Positions 19,769-30,389 are shown, counted from the stretch's first letter. The stretch: 64,000 bases of DNA from a bacterium (GCA_963693055.1 OY843751.1:1696001-1760000); one strand, 5' to 3'. Numbers and translations are program-made. Notes: a model not told the origin generated them from the sequence alone.

Positions 19769-20812
19769 ATGCGGGGAATTTCTTTCTTTAGAGTTGGTTT
19801 GTTTTTCAGTATGTTTTTTTTATTTAGCAGTTCATGTTTTAACAAACAGGACAATGATATAACAAAACCCAATGTACCGGAATATGTTTTATCCGGATCA
19901 ACTTTGGATTATGTGACGGGTGAGCCTGTGCCTAATACACAATTACGTATTCAAAGTGTTGCAATGTTGTATGATATCAGCTTTCCCACTCGAACGATCA
20001 CCTCTGACAGTATGGGTAACTATACCATTGATCCTGTGTATCCTGGTAGCTATGCTATACAAATTGTAAAAGATGATTGTTTGTTAAAGCCAATACCTAT
20101 TCAAATTGAACATGAAAATAGAGAGTTGTCACTAGATGTTCCCCAAATTCTCTATGGAAACCAGTTTCCACATTCAATTAGTTATGATTGGAATGGTACC
20201 TTTCAAATGATTGATAGTTCACACCCCTATTTTGCAATGATAGGTTCGAAAGGACTTTTATTAACCAGATTTTATAACAATGGGACCTTTATAGGATTTT
20301 ATTTTGTTACCACAGATCACAAATTAACCGGATGGCATTATGATACTTTGACTGAAATTGATTTTGATCCATCTGATATTTGGCAATTAGAAGTTGGCAG
20401 GGACCATTATTATGCGATCAAGTATCCGGATTCATTGATGATTTTTGATAGATGGGCTTCCCAATTACAACAAACTATTGCTACAGGTATCGTAATGCAG
20501 GATATTGCATATAATCCCTATGATAAAGCTTTATATGCATGTACCGATTCACTATTGTATCGTTTGGAAAATAATACATATAATGCAACCCTCATTGCTG
20601 AACTCCCTCAAGCCGGAATGTCTGCAATGACCTGGAATGATGATAAACTTTATTTATTGCGCAAATATGAGGACCTGGTTTATCAATTAAACAAACAAAT
20701 TCAAATAGAAAAAATATATGCAGTTGCAAATTTTTCTGATAATGCAGTTTGGAACAATATCTATGATATTTATTTCGACAGTTCTGACAGATTCTGGGGA
20801 ACAGTAAGATAA
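19769..20812 (+). CDS. Lipoprotein with a carboxypeptidase-regulatory-like domain and a probable beta-propeller (paralog A)
   Basis: Lipobox-like SSSC; LSG...DYVTGEPVPN...SDSMGNY.IDPVYPG.Y; C-terminal beta-rich blades (DIAYN, MTW, DIYFD). Confidence 0.65.
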   Translation: MRGISFFRVGLFFSMFFLFSSSCFNKQDNDITKPNVPEYVLSGSTLDYVTGEPVPNTQLRIQSVAMLYDISFPTRTITSDSMGNYTIDPVYPGSYAIQIVKDDCLLKPIPIQIEHENRELSLDVPQILYGNQFPHSISYDWNGTFQMIDSSHPYFAMIGSKGLLLTRFYNNGTFIGFYFVTTDHKLTGWHYDTLTEIDFDPSDIWQLEVGRDHYYAIKYPDSLMIFDRWASQLQQTIATGIVMQDIAYNPYDKALYACTDSLLYRLENNTYNATLIAELPQAGMSAMTWNDDKLYLLRKYEDLVYQLNKQIQIEKIYAVANFSDNAVWNNIYDIYFDSSDRFWGTVR

Positions 20813-21093
20813 TATTATTATTTAGGGAAGGATTTTTCGGATTGGTTTAGGATGTGGTCATGATGTAGATTTTGTACTTGTGCACATTTGATATTGTAAA
20901 TATTCCTAATAACGTGGAGTTTGAAATGCAACGCATTCATTATTTTACAACAGGTTTGTTTTTCAGTATATTTTTTTTGTTTAACAGTTCATGCTTTAAC
21001 AAACAGGATAATGATATAACAAAACCCAATGTACCGGAATATGTTTTATCCGGATCGACTTTGGATTATGTGACGGGTGAGCCTGTGCCTAAT
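19796..21093 (+). repeat. 141-nt direct repeat (19796-19936 and 20953-21093)
   Basis: Manual comparison: 6 mismatches in 141 nt, no indels. Confidence 0.9.
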
Positions 21094-21969
21094 GTTGGTG
21101 TAAATATTAAAGCTGTAATGTTAAATTATACAGTTGATTTTCCTGAACAAACAGTTCAATCTGATAGTTTAGGAAGATATGTTATTGACCCGGTTTATCC
21201 GGGTGGGTATACAATCAGCATAGTTAAAGATAATTACAAGCTACACGAAAAGTCAATTCAAATTGGGCACGATAATAGAGATCTGCTTTTAAATATACCG
21301 GATATTTATTTTGGTCAAAAATTTCCTATAAATATGGAGCTTGATTTTAATACCAGTTTTATCCACTCAAACTCTGTTCACCCTTGTTTTGCAATTTATA
21401 ATTTAGCTGGTTTATTTCCCTCTGAAAAATGGAGCGGGTTGGATTTTTTAGGTTATCATTTTTGTAAAAGTGGATATTTTGATTATACCTGGAAATGGCA
21501 ATCTCATATAAAATTAGATTTTGATCCAACAGTGATTTGGCAGATGGAAATTGATCGAAATTTTTATATTGCTATGAAATATCCTGATTCACTAATGATT
21601 TTTGACAAATGGACATCATCATTGTTGAATACTATTTCTACAGGGACCATTTTGAAGGACATTGCTTACAATCAGTATGATAATACTTTATATGCTTGTT
21701 CAGATTCAATGCTGTATTCGGTTGACATTGCTGGCAAAAGTGTGACTGAATTAGCAAATTTACCTATAACAGGTATACATTCTATGAGCTGGAATAATAA
21801 TTTATTGTATTTATATAACAAGACAGAGAATTTGCTTTATAAAGTCAATTTACAACTAGAAATCGATAAAATTTATGCTGTGATCAATCAGTCAACCGAT
21901 TTGTTACTTTTGGATATTTATGATATGCATTTCGACAGCATGGACAGGCTTTGGTGTACAACCCTTTAA
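20926..21969 (+). CDS. Lipoprotein with a carboxypeptidase-regulatory-like domain and a probable beta-propeller (paralog B)
   Basis: Colinear with the upstream paralog and the same length (347 aa) if started at ATG 20926, which follows a GGAG RBS. Confidence 0.65.
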   Translation: MQRIHYFTTGLFFSIFFLFNSSCFNKQDNDITKPNVPEYVLSGSTLDYVTGEPVPNVGVNIKAVMLNYTVDFPEQTVQSDSLGRYVIDPVYPGGYTISIVKDNYKLHEKSIQIGHDNRDLLLNIPDIYFGQKFPINMELDFNTSFIHSNSVHPCFAIYNLAGLFPSEKWSGLDFLGYHFCKSGYFDYTWKWQSHIKLDFDPTVIWQMEIDRNFYIAMKYPDSLMIFDKWTSSLLNTISTGTILKDIAYNQYDNTLYACSDSMLYSVDIAGKSVTELANLPITGIHSMSWNNNLLYLYNKTENLLYKVNLQLEIDKIYAVINQSTDLLLLDIYDMHFDSMDRLWCTTL

Positions 21970-21992
21970 TCATTAGTCAAGAGATAAATCGA

Positions 21993-22838
21993 TTATTTTT
22001 TGATCATACTATAGAGTTTTTTAATCTCGTCTGCCCAGATTTCGGGTTTGGGGGTTTCGAGTATCATGGGCATATCTTCAAAGCGCGGATCATTCATGAT
22101 AAACGAGAACGGGTCCCATCCCAATGTGCCTTCGCCCAGGGGAGCGTGACGGTCCACTCGGCTGCCAAGATCGGGTTTGGAATCGTTAAAGTGCCAGCCC
22201 TTGAGATATTTTATACCCACGATTGAGTCAAAGTCGGACATGGTTTTGTCGTATGTTTCTTTTGTGCGAAAATCGTAACCCGCAGTAAATGCATGACATG
22301 TGTCTATACATACGCCAACCCGGGATTTATTTTCAACGTTGTCAATAATGTATGCCAAATGCTCAAAGCGGTGACCCACATGGTTTCCTTGTCCCGCGGT
22401 ATTTTCAATCACGGCAATCACATTCTCTGTCTTATCAATCGCCATGTTGATAGATTCGGCAATATTATCCATAGCTTGTTCGTCGGTGATTTTTCCGAGA
22501 CCGCTGCCGGGATGAAAATTGAGCAGGGTGAGCCCCAATTGTTCGCAACGCTGCATTTCATCAAAAAATGCGTTACGGGATTTTTCAAGCGCTTCCGGAT
22601 CGGGAGTGCCGAGGTTTATGAGGTAACTGTCGTGCGGCAGTATAAATTCAAGATCATAGCCGGTTTCCTCACAATTGGCCTTGAATTTTTCTATATTTTC
22701 ATCGGTCAGAGGTTTGGCGTTCCACTGACGTTGATTTTTGGTAAACAGGGCAAATGCTTTTGCATCTATTTTCTGCGCGTTAAGGGGGGCGTTTTCAACA
22801 CCGCCGGCTGCGCTTACATGTGCTCCCACTCGTTTCAT
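21993..22838 (-). CDS. nfo: Endonuclease IV (AP endonuclease)
   Basis: [45 protein letters not shown]; start set at MKRVGAHVS. Confidence 0.96.
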   Translation of the reverse strand: MKRVGAHVSAAGGVENAPLNAQKIDAKAFALFTKNQRQWNAKPLTDENIEKFKANCEETGYDLEFILPHDSYLINLGTPDPEALEKSRNAFFDEMQRCEQLGLTLLNFHPGSGLGKITDEQAMDNIAESINMAIDKTENVIAVIENTAGQGNHVGHRFEHLAYIIDNVENKSRVGVCIDTCHAFTAGYDFRTKETYDKTMSDFDSIVGIKYLKGWHFNDSKPDLGSRVDRHAPLGEGTLGWDPFSFIMNDPRFEDMPMILETPKPEIWADEIKKLYSMIKK

Positions 22839-22878
22839 TGTGTATCCTTTCGTATATCCATAGGGATTTTCAAAACAA

Positions 22879-23319
22879 TCATCTTTTCCATCTTCCAACA
22901 ATGCCGTACGCATATAATATTCCGATTATCAGTGCCACAAGGGAAAATACAATATCACGAATGGGCACAGATGCCGGATTTTGAAAATGCCAGATGGTCT
23001 GATGCAGTACGGCTAATCCGCGCAGAACAAAAATAGCGGCAATGGTGATGAGTCCTGTGCGAAGCAGAGGGAGCTTGTGGATTAATTTAGCACCGGACAA
23101 AGCATAGAGACCCATTATTGTGAATATCAGCGTTACAAAAAGAGTAACCCAAACCGGGTACAGCGAACCAGCCGCGGCCATGTTGGCCATTTTTTTCCCC
23201 GCACCAAAATAGATGTACCATGCCGGACCGCCAATGATAATGGCAATGTGCAGCGCGGCAATGGCGAACAGGCATATCGCCGCTATTTTGAGCGCTACAG
23301 CTTGTTTTTGTGAAGTCAT
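22879..23319 (-). CDS. 4-TM membrane protein (DUF3995-like)
   Basis: [36 protein letters not shown]; four hydrophobic segments. Confidence 0.6.
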   Translation of the reverse strand: MTSQKQAVALKIAAICLFAIAALHIAIIIGGPAWYIYFGAGKKMANMAAAGSLYPVWVTLFVTLIFTIMGLYALSGAKLIHKLPLLRTGLITIAAIFVLRGLAVLHQTIWHFQNPASVPIRDIVFSLVALIIGILYAYGIVGRWKR

Positions 23320-23349
23320 GTTACCCCTCGTTTTATAAAATTTGGAGTA

Positions 23350-23556
23350 ATGTGGGGATATTTTGCTAATTATGCAACAGGATTGTTTGGGGAGAGTAGT
23401 ATCAAATTGGCAAGCGGAACAAGTTATAAAATATATACAGGTGGAAGTTCATCCGGTACGCTGCTATATGATTTATATATCAATGTCACCTATTCCGGAA
23501 GTACGTTAAAGAAAATATTTACGCTGACAAGTAAAAGCCAGAACGTATCTTTTTAG
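23350..23556 (+). pseudogene. Probable C-terminal gene remnant (resembles the tail of Cthe_2159/DUF4353-type carbohydrate-binding proteins)
   Basis: L.SGTSYKIYTGGSSSGT...LY....YSG.T.KK.FT pattern with no matching N-terminus; followed by an orphan hairpin. Confidence 0.35.
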
Positions 23557-23591
23557 AACGGAAAGTAACAAGAGTTTACAAACAGGTTGTA

Positions 23592-23627
23592 TTGTGCTCC
23601 CCGATCATCGGTTTGGGGAGCAATAAA
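23592..23627. terminator. Hairpin terminator between convergent units
   Basis: TGCTCCCCGA...TTGGGGAGCA followed by ATAAAA (a T-run on the minus strand). Confidence 0.65.
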
Positions 23628-23644
23628 ATCAGGTTTATGTGAAA

Positions 23645-24010
23645 TTACATAACTGAATTGATTGCGGATTCCAATCTATTCAAATTGATTGGTTTCATAA
23701 AAAAAGCCAGGGGATTTATACTTGTTGCCCGACTTTTTAGTTCTTCGTTTCCATAACCTGTCATAAATATTATAGCCGGATGGTAAAAAGAAAGGATTTT
23801 TTCCGCTGCTTCAATTCCATCCATTTTCCCAGCCAGTTGAATATCCATGATTATGATATCCGGTTTTATATTCTGTGCGCTCTGCACAACATCTTCCCCC
23901 GTGCAGATTTTATTATAAACTTTATATCCTCTATCAATTAAATTTTGTTCTAAATTCAAAGCAATTAAAATTTCATCTTCTGCAATCATAATTGTCGTTT
24001 TGTGTTTCAT
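23645..24010 (-). CDS. Stand-alone response regulator (REC only)
   Basis: AEDE, MDIQL.G.MDG, FMTG, MKP; ATG at 24010 lies directly after the kinase stop. Confidence 0.9.
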   Translation of the reverse strand: MKHKTTIMIAEDEILIALNLEQNLIDRGYKVYNKICTGEDVVQSAQNIKPDIIIMDIQLAGKMDGIEAAEKILSFYHPAIIFMTGYGNEELKSRATSINPLAFFMKPINLNRLESAINSVM

Positions 24011-24012
24011 TA

Positions 24013-27000
24013 TTATACCCTTTCCGTATAGAATGTATCCTTGTATCGTATCACACATTTTACTCCATTTTCAGATTCAAATTTTATATTGCCTTTTAAT
24101 TGGTTTTCAACAAGAACAAGAATAATCCGTAATCCTAAATGGCTATCAATATCAAGATCAAAGTTTTTTGGGAAACCGATTCCGTTATCCGAAACACATA
24201 GCTCAATTTCTTCTTCTTTTTTGGCTAGATGGATGTGAATAGTTCCTTCTCTTTTATCCGGGAATGCATGCTTTAGAGAATTTGATATTAACTCATTCAG
24301 TACCAGGCCACAAGGGATTGCGGTATCAATTAAAACAGATACACTTTCTAAATCAAAGTCGACAGTAATTCTGTTGGAATTTAAATCAAAACTATCAAAC
24401 AGAATGTTACCCAGATCAGTTATATAATCTTTCAAGTCTATCCGTGAAAGATTAAAAGATTTATATAATTTTTCATGTACTAATGCCATTGAGTGTATGC
24501 GATTTTCCATTTCTTTAAATATTGACAATACTTCTTTATTGGTGGTGTTATGGGCTTCCATGTTAAGTAGGGATATAATTACATGCATATTGTTTTTTGT
24601 ACGATGATAGAGTTCTCTTAATAGCGTTTCCTTTTCCACCAGGGTCCGTTTAATTTGTTCTTCTGCTTGTTTTTGTTCAGTAATGTCAAGTATCACACCT
24701 GTTACTTTTAGTGGATGGCCTGATTCGTCTCTCTCTATATCTGCCTTTGATAATATCGTTTTTCTGGTTTTTGTATTATATGTAAGAATATCAAATTCTA
24801 AATTATATTCTTTATCATTTTCAATGAGATCAACCAATGCCTGGTGCACTCTATCTCTTTCCGGAATGCAACCCTCAACTTTTTCTGTTGAAAAAGAATC
24901 AATATCCTTTTCAAAACCGTAAATTTTTTTCGCTTCGTCCGATCCCCAGAATTGTGTTGTCTGTATATTATATTCCCAGCTACCCACATGCCCAATTGCC
25001 TGGGCTTTTTCATAACGCTTCTCGCTCCCAATTAGAGCATCTTCCATCCGTTTGAGGTCAGTAATATCAGTAAAAGTTACAATAACCTGAGTAATATTTT
25101 TCTCATTATCAAAAACTGGATCCGCATTAACCAGGAGCCATATATCATTATCTCTGGCAGGACGATGCACACCTACTATCAAGTTTCTTACAGGTTGGAG
25201 AGTTGTAATGACCTGATTAACCGGATATTCTTCAAGTGACAATTTTGTTCCATCTTTGAGGAAAATGTACCATGAAGGATCAATGGCTTTTTTCCTCAGT
25301 ATCTGGTCTTCTGTTAATCCTAGTAATTCCTGTGCTTTTTGATTAGCTATCAATATTTGAGTATCCGCTCCATGTACAACCACCGCCGTTTGTATTTTCT
25401 GAATCAATTCCCGGAATTTTTCTTCACTTTTTTTAAGCTCATTTTCCGCTTGTAACCGTTCTTTTTCCTGTTGATCTCTTTGCAATCTTGCATTCAAAAT
25501 GGGTGAGATGTAATTGGTAATACTCTCCAAAATTTCTTTGTCTTGTTCAGTATAACCGTTTTCATTATTAGCAACTGAAATTAAACCAATGGATTTATGT
25601 GAATAGACTATCGGTACAGATAGAAAATGTTTGATTGTAACATGTCCAGTTGGTGTATTAAAGGGGCCATCGGAATACAGTGCTTTTTTTTCTCTGATCG
25701 ATCTTCCCCATAGGGTGTTTCCCCATGTATGCTGTGGGAAAATAATAGACTTGTCCGAAACCTGGCATTCTTCCCAAATTTCCCGTGTCATGCTTGGAAT
25801 AACCAGGTCACCATTTTTCTCAATAAATCCAAATACGCCGTAATGGCTTTTCATCACTTGAAGTACTATCTCTAAAACTTTACTATACATCTCTTCATCG
25901 GTAAGAGAAAGAAAAATATTTGAAATTTGGTTCTGGATTGATTTGCGTTGTTCCGATTCTATGAGTTTCTCCTCTACCTGTTTTTGATCGGTAATGTCAA
26001 TTCGGACACCTGTTAATCGGAGCGGCTTTCCCTCTTTATCTTTTTCAACAGTACTACCAATTACACTATGCCATCGGTACGAGCCATCAGCGTGTTTCAT
26101 TCTGGTTTCATAACGATAATCACTGGCAGCACCGCTCAATACATCTTTAATTTTTGTTACTACACATTCTCTATCATCAGGATGAATCCTGGTTACCCAC
26201 AAGTCCCGATCAGAAAACCCTGCTACAGGTTCATATCCAAGCATTGTATAATATGTAGGTGTTGTGTACCAGATATCATCTTTTAAAAGCCAGTTCCAGA
26301 TACCAATTTTTGTGACTTCTGTTGCAACGCGTAACCGTTCTTCGCTTTCTCTAAGCGCTTTCTCTGCCTGTTTACGTTTAGTGATATCCTCTATTGTTCC
26401 TACCGAACGAACAGGTTTGTCATTTTCATAAATGGTTTCGCATTTCTCATGTACAAACTTGATTCTTCCTTCCCCAAAATCAAGGCGGTGTTCAATAGAA
26501 TATGGAATTCGGGTTTTGAGTGAGTTGGTAAAGGCCCATTTGACTGCTTTGCGGTCATCCGGGTGGATAGCATCAAGTATTATTTTATAGGTTATATCAA
26601 GTTTTTCAGGATCGATCTCAAAAATACGATAGGATTCATCTGACAATGTAATGGTATTTGTTTCCAATTCCAGTTCCCAGCTTCCAATGTGGGCCATTCG
26701 CTGTGCTTCGTTGAGACGCATGGCTGTATATCTGAGTTTATCTTCTATCCGTTTCTGTTCAGTTACATTGTGTTCCAGTACAGTTACTCCGATTATTTCA
26801 CCCGTTTCAGTTTTGATAGGATAATGATATACCTGGAAATAGTGTTGTGTATTGGACTCTTTTTCTGAATATGATTTATCAACCCGTTGTTCCCCGGCCA
26901 AGACACGGTCCAGGTTTTTCCTGATTATTTCGCGATTTTTTTGCAATGGAATATACTCTAACATGCTATTACCGATTTCGATTTTTGCATTATAATTGGT

Positions 27001-27351
27001 TTGCATATACATTGCATGTGAGTGGTTAAAATTGATGTATCGATATTGCCGGTCTACTGAATAGACTTTGGTATTGCTACAGTCAAGAATATTGTATAAT
27101 GCGGTTATCTGGCAATTCAGTGTTTTATCAAATTGTTTATTTTCATTAGTCTCTTTTTTTAAATTACCCGAATACATGATAACTTTGTTTTTTAAAGTAA
27201 ACCATAGCAATAATGCTATTCCTGACAAAACTAACAATATCAATATTATTTGAAAATTGTTTATAAGATTGGTATAGAAGACTATCCCCTCAGTATCTAC
27301 TGTTTTAGACTTTATTTGATGAATCAGGTTGTACAGTGTTGAGATTTTCAT
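24013..27351 (-). CDS. Multi-PAS + GAF sensor histidine kinase (HisKA_2 family), one N-terminal TM
   Basis: PAS_3 repeats (IGSWE, IHPDDR, DIT..K); GAF (FLSVPIV..IGLISVAN..GYT..D); ELYHRTKNN; NELISNSLKHAF; DNGIG. Confidence 0.9.
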   Translation of the reverse strand: MKISTLYNLIHQIKSKTVDTEGIVFYTNLINNFQIILILLVLSGIALLLWFTLKNKVIMYSGNLKKETNENKQFDKTLNCQITALYNILDCSNTKVYSVDRQYRYINFNHSHAMYMQTNYNAKIEIGNSMLEYIPLQKNREIIRKNLDRVLAGEQRVDKSYSEKESNTQHYFQVYHYPIKTETGEIIGVTVLEHNVTEQKRIEDKLRYTAMRLNEAQRMAHIGSWELELETNTITLSDESYRIFEIDPEKLDITYKIILDAIHPDDRKAVKWAFTNSLKTRIPYSIEHRLDFGEGRIKFVHEKCETIYENDKPVRSVGTIEDITKRKQAEKALRESEERLRVATEVTKIGIWNWLLKDDIWYTTPTYYTMLGYEPVAGFSDRDLWVTRIHPDDRECVVTKIKDVLSGAASDYRYETRMKHADGSYRWHSVIGSTVEKDKEGKPLRLTGVRIDITDQKQVEEKLIESEQRKSIQNQISNIFLSLTDEEMYSKVLEIVLQVMKSHYGVFGFIEKNGDLVIPSMTREIWEECQVSDKSIIFPQHTWGNTLWGRSIREKKALYSDGPFNTPTGHVTIKHFLSVPIVYSHKSIGLISVANNENGYTEQDKEILESITNYISPILNARLQRDQQEKERLQAENELKKSEEKFRELIQKIQTAVVVHGADTQILIANQKAQELLGLTEDQILRKKAIDPSWYIFLKDGTKLSLEEYPVNQVITTLQPVRNLIVGVHRPARDNDIWLLVNADPVFDNEKNITQVIVTFTDITDLKRMEDALIGSEKRYEKAQAIGHVGSWEYNIQTTQFWGSDEAKKIYGFEKDIDSFSTEKVEGCIPERDRVHQALVDLIENDKEYNLEFDILTYNTKTRKTILSKADIERDESGHPLKVTGVILDITEQKQAEEQIKRTLVEKETLLRELYHRTKNNMHVIISLLNMEAHNTTNKEVLSIFKEMENRIHSMALVHEKLYKSFNLSRIDLKDYITDLGNILFDSFDLNSNRITVDFDLESVSVLIDTAIPCGLVLNELISNSLKHAFPDKREGTIHIHLAKKEEEIELCVSDNGIGFPKNFDLDIDSHLGLRIILVLVENQLKGNIKFESENGVKCVIRYKDTFYTERV

Positions 27352-27574
27352 AATGCACTGTCCTATTTTTTCTCGTCTAAAGTAATAGATTACTTTTCTT
27401 CATAACAAAAAGCGTTAATAGTTGATTCAATTGCAATTGTTGATTTTTTAAATTAGTTGATTGAAATATTCAAGTTATTCATCCTATATGGAGATTACTA
27501 CGGTGCTTTAAGAAAGGTATATATATAAAATTAATGTATAATTTGATAAACTTGCAAGATAATAATTAAAAAAA

Positions 27575-28318
27575 TCATCCATCTACCAACTTTCTGATCC
27601 TTTTCAGCATATTCTCATAATGTGAGCCGTGCCAGTAGACGTTGCCGCAACCAGTGCATTGGTGAAATTCGTTGAAATATTGTTCGGTTTTGGGAGGGAT
27701 GCGATCATGGATTTCGTGCTTGTCTACCGGTTCAAGCAGGCCGTTGCATTCAATACAGCGGCTGAACGGATTTGCCTGTCCCCGTAGGTCCAAACGATCC
27801 AGGATTTCTTTTAGCTGTTGTTCCGGTTCGGTATGATGCAGGTACGCGCCATGAGTGACGCGACTGTTTTTTAGTATACCACGGTCCCGTGTGAGTATGA
27901 TACGGTGCTCTTTGCGTGCAATATCAATAATCTCATCATCTTCGTAATCATTGCGGTAGAGGGTGTCGAATCCGGCCATGCGTAAAAGTCGGGACAGCTT
28001 GCCGAGATGTACATCCAGAATGAATCTGGATTCCCGCAATGGTTTGGATCGTAAGCGGACGAGTGGGGAGATGTCCATACTTTCAAATACAGGATAGACC
28101 GCGATCCGGTCATTGTGCCGGAGTTTATATTCAAATCCCACCGAGACACTGTTCGCGAGAATGATTTCTACCTCGGTATGGGGTACACCGCAGGCTTCAA
28201 TGGCATCCTTGATTCCCGGATTGCCATTAAAGGTGTATGTGAATATGGTTTTGCGTTGCACCGGCGGCAGGAAATCGTTCAGTTCTTCGTAAAATCGAAA
28301 TTCGGCTGTATTGGACAT
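27575..28318 (-). CDS. Ubiquitin-like + Mut7-C RNase (PIN-like) domain protein
   Basis: FRFYEELNDFLP..KDAIEACGVPHTEV..VYP Ub-Mut7C domain; FILDVHLGKL.R.LR..GFDT, LTRD, RC..CNG, C..C..VYW.GSH. Confidence 0.92.
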   Translation of the reverse strand: MSNTAEFRFYEELNDFLPPVQRKTIFTYTFNGNPGIKDAIEACGVPHTEVEIILANSVSVGFEYKLRHNDRIAVYPVFESMDISPLVRLRSKPLRESRFILDVHLGKLSRLLRMAGFDTLYRNDYEDDEIIDIARKEHRIILTRDRGILKNSRVTHGAYLHHTEPEQQLKEILDRLDLRGQANPFSRCIECNGLLEPVDKHEIHDRIPPKTEQYFNEFHQCTGCGNVYWHGSHYENMLKRIRKLVDG

Positions 28319-28332
28319 GATTATCGTTAGCG

Positions 28333-29712
28333 TTATGATTTAACCAGTTCGAATTTTGCCGTAAAATGACGCAGGAACGGAGCCTGCTCGGTTATTTTTA
28401 CTCCACGTATATTTTCTTTGGTGTCATTAACCTCCAGAATAGATTCCACAACATAATCGATATGGCTTTGGGTATATACCCGACGCGGAATAGCGAGCCG
28501 CACCAGCTCCATAGGGGCGGGGAGTTCTGCTCCGGTTACCGGATCTTTGCGCGCAAACATGACTGAACCGATCTCGACCGTACGAATTCCCGCGGCAAGA
28601 TACAACTCGATAGACAGTGCTTGTCCCGGATACTGCTCTACAGGTATGTGCGGTAGCATGGTTTTGGCATCGATATAGATTGCGTGTCCACCCGGTGGTT
28701 GTACAATGGGCACGCCGTAATCCGAGATATGCCTGCCCAGATACTGGGTGGAGGCAATACGATAGCGAAGGTAATCCTCATTCAGAATCTCTTTGAGCCC
28801 TATGGCTATGGCTTCCAGGTCACGGCCCGCGAGTCCGCCATAGGTTGGAAATCCCTCGGTGAGGATGAGCAAGTCGCTTTCCTGGCGAGCCAGGTTATCG
28901 TCGTTAGTGCAAAGGAAACCACCTATGTTCACCAGCGCATCTTTTTTAGCGGACATGGTACAGCCGTCCGCATACGAGAACATTTCGTGCACAATCTCTT
29001 TGATGGTTTTGTTGGCGTATCCTGCTTCACGTTTTTTGATAAACCAGGCATTCTCGGCAAAGCGGCAGGCGTCGAAATAAAAAGGGATTTTATGTTTGTG
29101 TGCAATGGCTGCCACAGAGCGTATGTTGGCCATTGATACGGGTTGTCCGCCACCGGAATTGTTAGTGATGGTGAGCATGATGAGCGGAACGCGATCTACG
29201 CCCACCTCGTTGATGGTTTTGAGCAGTGCATCGGTATCCATATCGCCTTTAAAGGGCAGAGGATTTGCAGGATCGAGCGCTTCGGGTTTGAGTAAATCGC
29301 GGGCCTCGGCGCCTTGAAATTCAACATTGGCGCGGGTGGTGTCGAAATGGGTATTGTTGGGCACCACATCGCCTTTTTTACACAGGATAGAAAAGAGGAT
29401 GCGCTCAGCCGCGCGGCCCTGGTGAGTGGGAATGACATGGTCGAATCCGAATATATCCTGCACCGTCTCTTGCATGTGGTACCAGCTTTTACTGCAGGCA
29501 TATGCTTCGTCTCCGCGCATAATACCCGCCCACTGCTCTGAGCTCATGGCGGACGTGCCACTGTCGGTGAGCAGGTCAATCAATACATCGTCACTATTGA
29601 TCTGGAACAGATTATAGCCTGCTTTTTTCAGGATTTTTTCGCGCTCTTTGCGGGTGGTCATGCGGATAGGTTCAACGGATTTGATTTTAAACGGTTCTAT
29701 GATAACGGTCAT
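28333..29712 (-). CDS. tnaA: Tryptophanase (beta-eliminating lyase; tyrosine phenol-lyase less likely)
   Basis: EPFKIKSVE, IDLLTDSGT, HQGRAAE, DACRFAEN, MSAKKD (PLP lysine), GFPTYGGL, RLAIPRRVY, LRHFTA (His, as in TnaA, rather than the LRFFTA of TPL). Confidence 0.85.
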   Translation of the reverse strand: MTVIIEPFKIKSVEPIRMTTRKEREKILKKAGYNLFQINSDDVLIDLLTDSGTSAMSSEQWAGIMRGDEAYACSKSWYHMQETVQDIFGFDHVIPTHQGRAAERILFSILCKKGDVVPNNTHFDTTRANVEFQGAEARDLLKPEALDPANPLPFKGDMDTDALLKTINEVGVDRVPLIMLTITNNSGGGQPVSMANIRSVAAIAHKHKIPFYFDACRFAENAWFIKKREAGYANKTIKEIVHEMFSYADGCTMSAKKDALVNIGGFLCTNDDNLARQESDLLILTEGFPTYGGLAGRDLEAIAIGLKEILNEDYLRYRIASTQYLGRHISDYGVPIVQPPGGHAIYIDAKTMLPHIPVEQYPGQALSIELYLAAGIRTVEIGSVMFARKDPVTGAELPAPMELVRLAIPRRVYTQSHIDYVVESILEVNDTKENIRGVKITEQAPFLRHFTAKFELVKS

Positions 29713-29797
29713 ATCCTACTCCTGTGGCTGAATGATTGGCTTTACTGAAAGGAGTAAAATTTTGAGCAGAGAGTCAAGGAAAAAAAGAGGCTAGTTG

Positions 29798-29822
29798 TCA
29801 GTAATCAGTATTCAGTAGTCAG
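29798..29822. repeat. Short heptamer tandem repeat
   Basis: TCAGTAA TCAGTAT TCAGTAG TCAG. Confidence 0.6.
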
Positions 29823-29971
29823 ATATTGGATAAATGATTTGGGGATATATTGATAAAGTGATTGATTTGATGGATTTTTTTGTTAAGTTGGAATATTGCT
29901 ATATTCAGGTATGAGGACAAGAACCTCCAGATTATTACATCGGTTTTTATTGTGAAAATTGTGGATTAATT

Positions 29972-30307
29972 ATGAAATACAATCATATCGGCATTCCGAC
30001 AAGTGAGCGTTTTGAAGATGAAATTGAAATTCCACATTTGAAAATTACAGTAAGCGATCACAAAAACAATCCATTCGGAATACAATGGATGCGTTACCGG
30101 GACGATGCTCCGTATCCGGATGTCGTTAAATCCATTCCCCATGTGGCATTTGAAGTCGATGATCTTGATATTGCTTTAAAAGATCAGGAAATTATTATAT
30201 CACCCAATAGTCCCACACCCGGGGTTATTGTCGCTATGATTTTGGTAAATGGTGCACCTGTAGAGTTGATGCAAATAAACAGAGCTGTTTACAGGGATGA
30301 AATTTAA
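29972..30307 (+). CDS. VOC/glyoxalase-superfamily protein
   Basis: YNHIGIPT...PHVAFEVDDLD.AL...GAPVELM. Confidence 0.8.
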   Translation: MKYNHIGIPTSERFEDEIEIPHLKITVSDHKNNPFGIQWMRYRDDAPYPDVVKSIPHVAFEVDDLDIALKDQEIIISPNSPTPGVIVAMILVNGAPVELMQINRAVYRDEI

Positions 30308-30350
30308 TGATGGAAATAAACTTGTAACCGATGTGAATTATAATAGTGAG

Positions 30351-30379
30351 TAAACCCCGGATGAGATGTCCGGGATTTA
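30351..30379. terminator. Probable bidirectional terminator
   Basis: TAAACCCCGGA...TCCGGGATTTA between convergent genes. Confidence 0.5.
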
Positions 30380-30389
30380 TATAAAACAA

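Noticed and set aside
19769-21969. Diversity-generating retroelement TR/VR pair
   Set aside because: Both copies are coding and N-terminal, mismatches are not adenine-specific in one copy, and no reverse transcriptase is in the window.
22293-23036. 247-aa plus-strand ORF
   Set aside because: Antisense shadow of nfo with no recognisable motifs; the same applies to the many other short ORFs overlapping well-supported genes.
28333-29712. Tyrosine phenol-lyase assignment
   Set aside because: SAKKD and LRHFTA match tryptophanase better than the SGKKD and LRFFTA of TPL; not fully excluded without a phylogeny.
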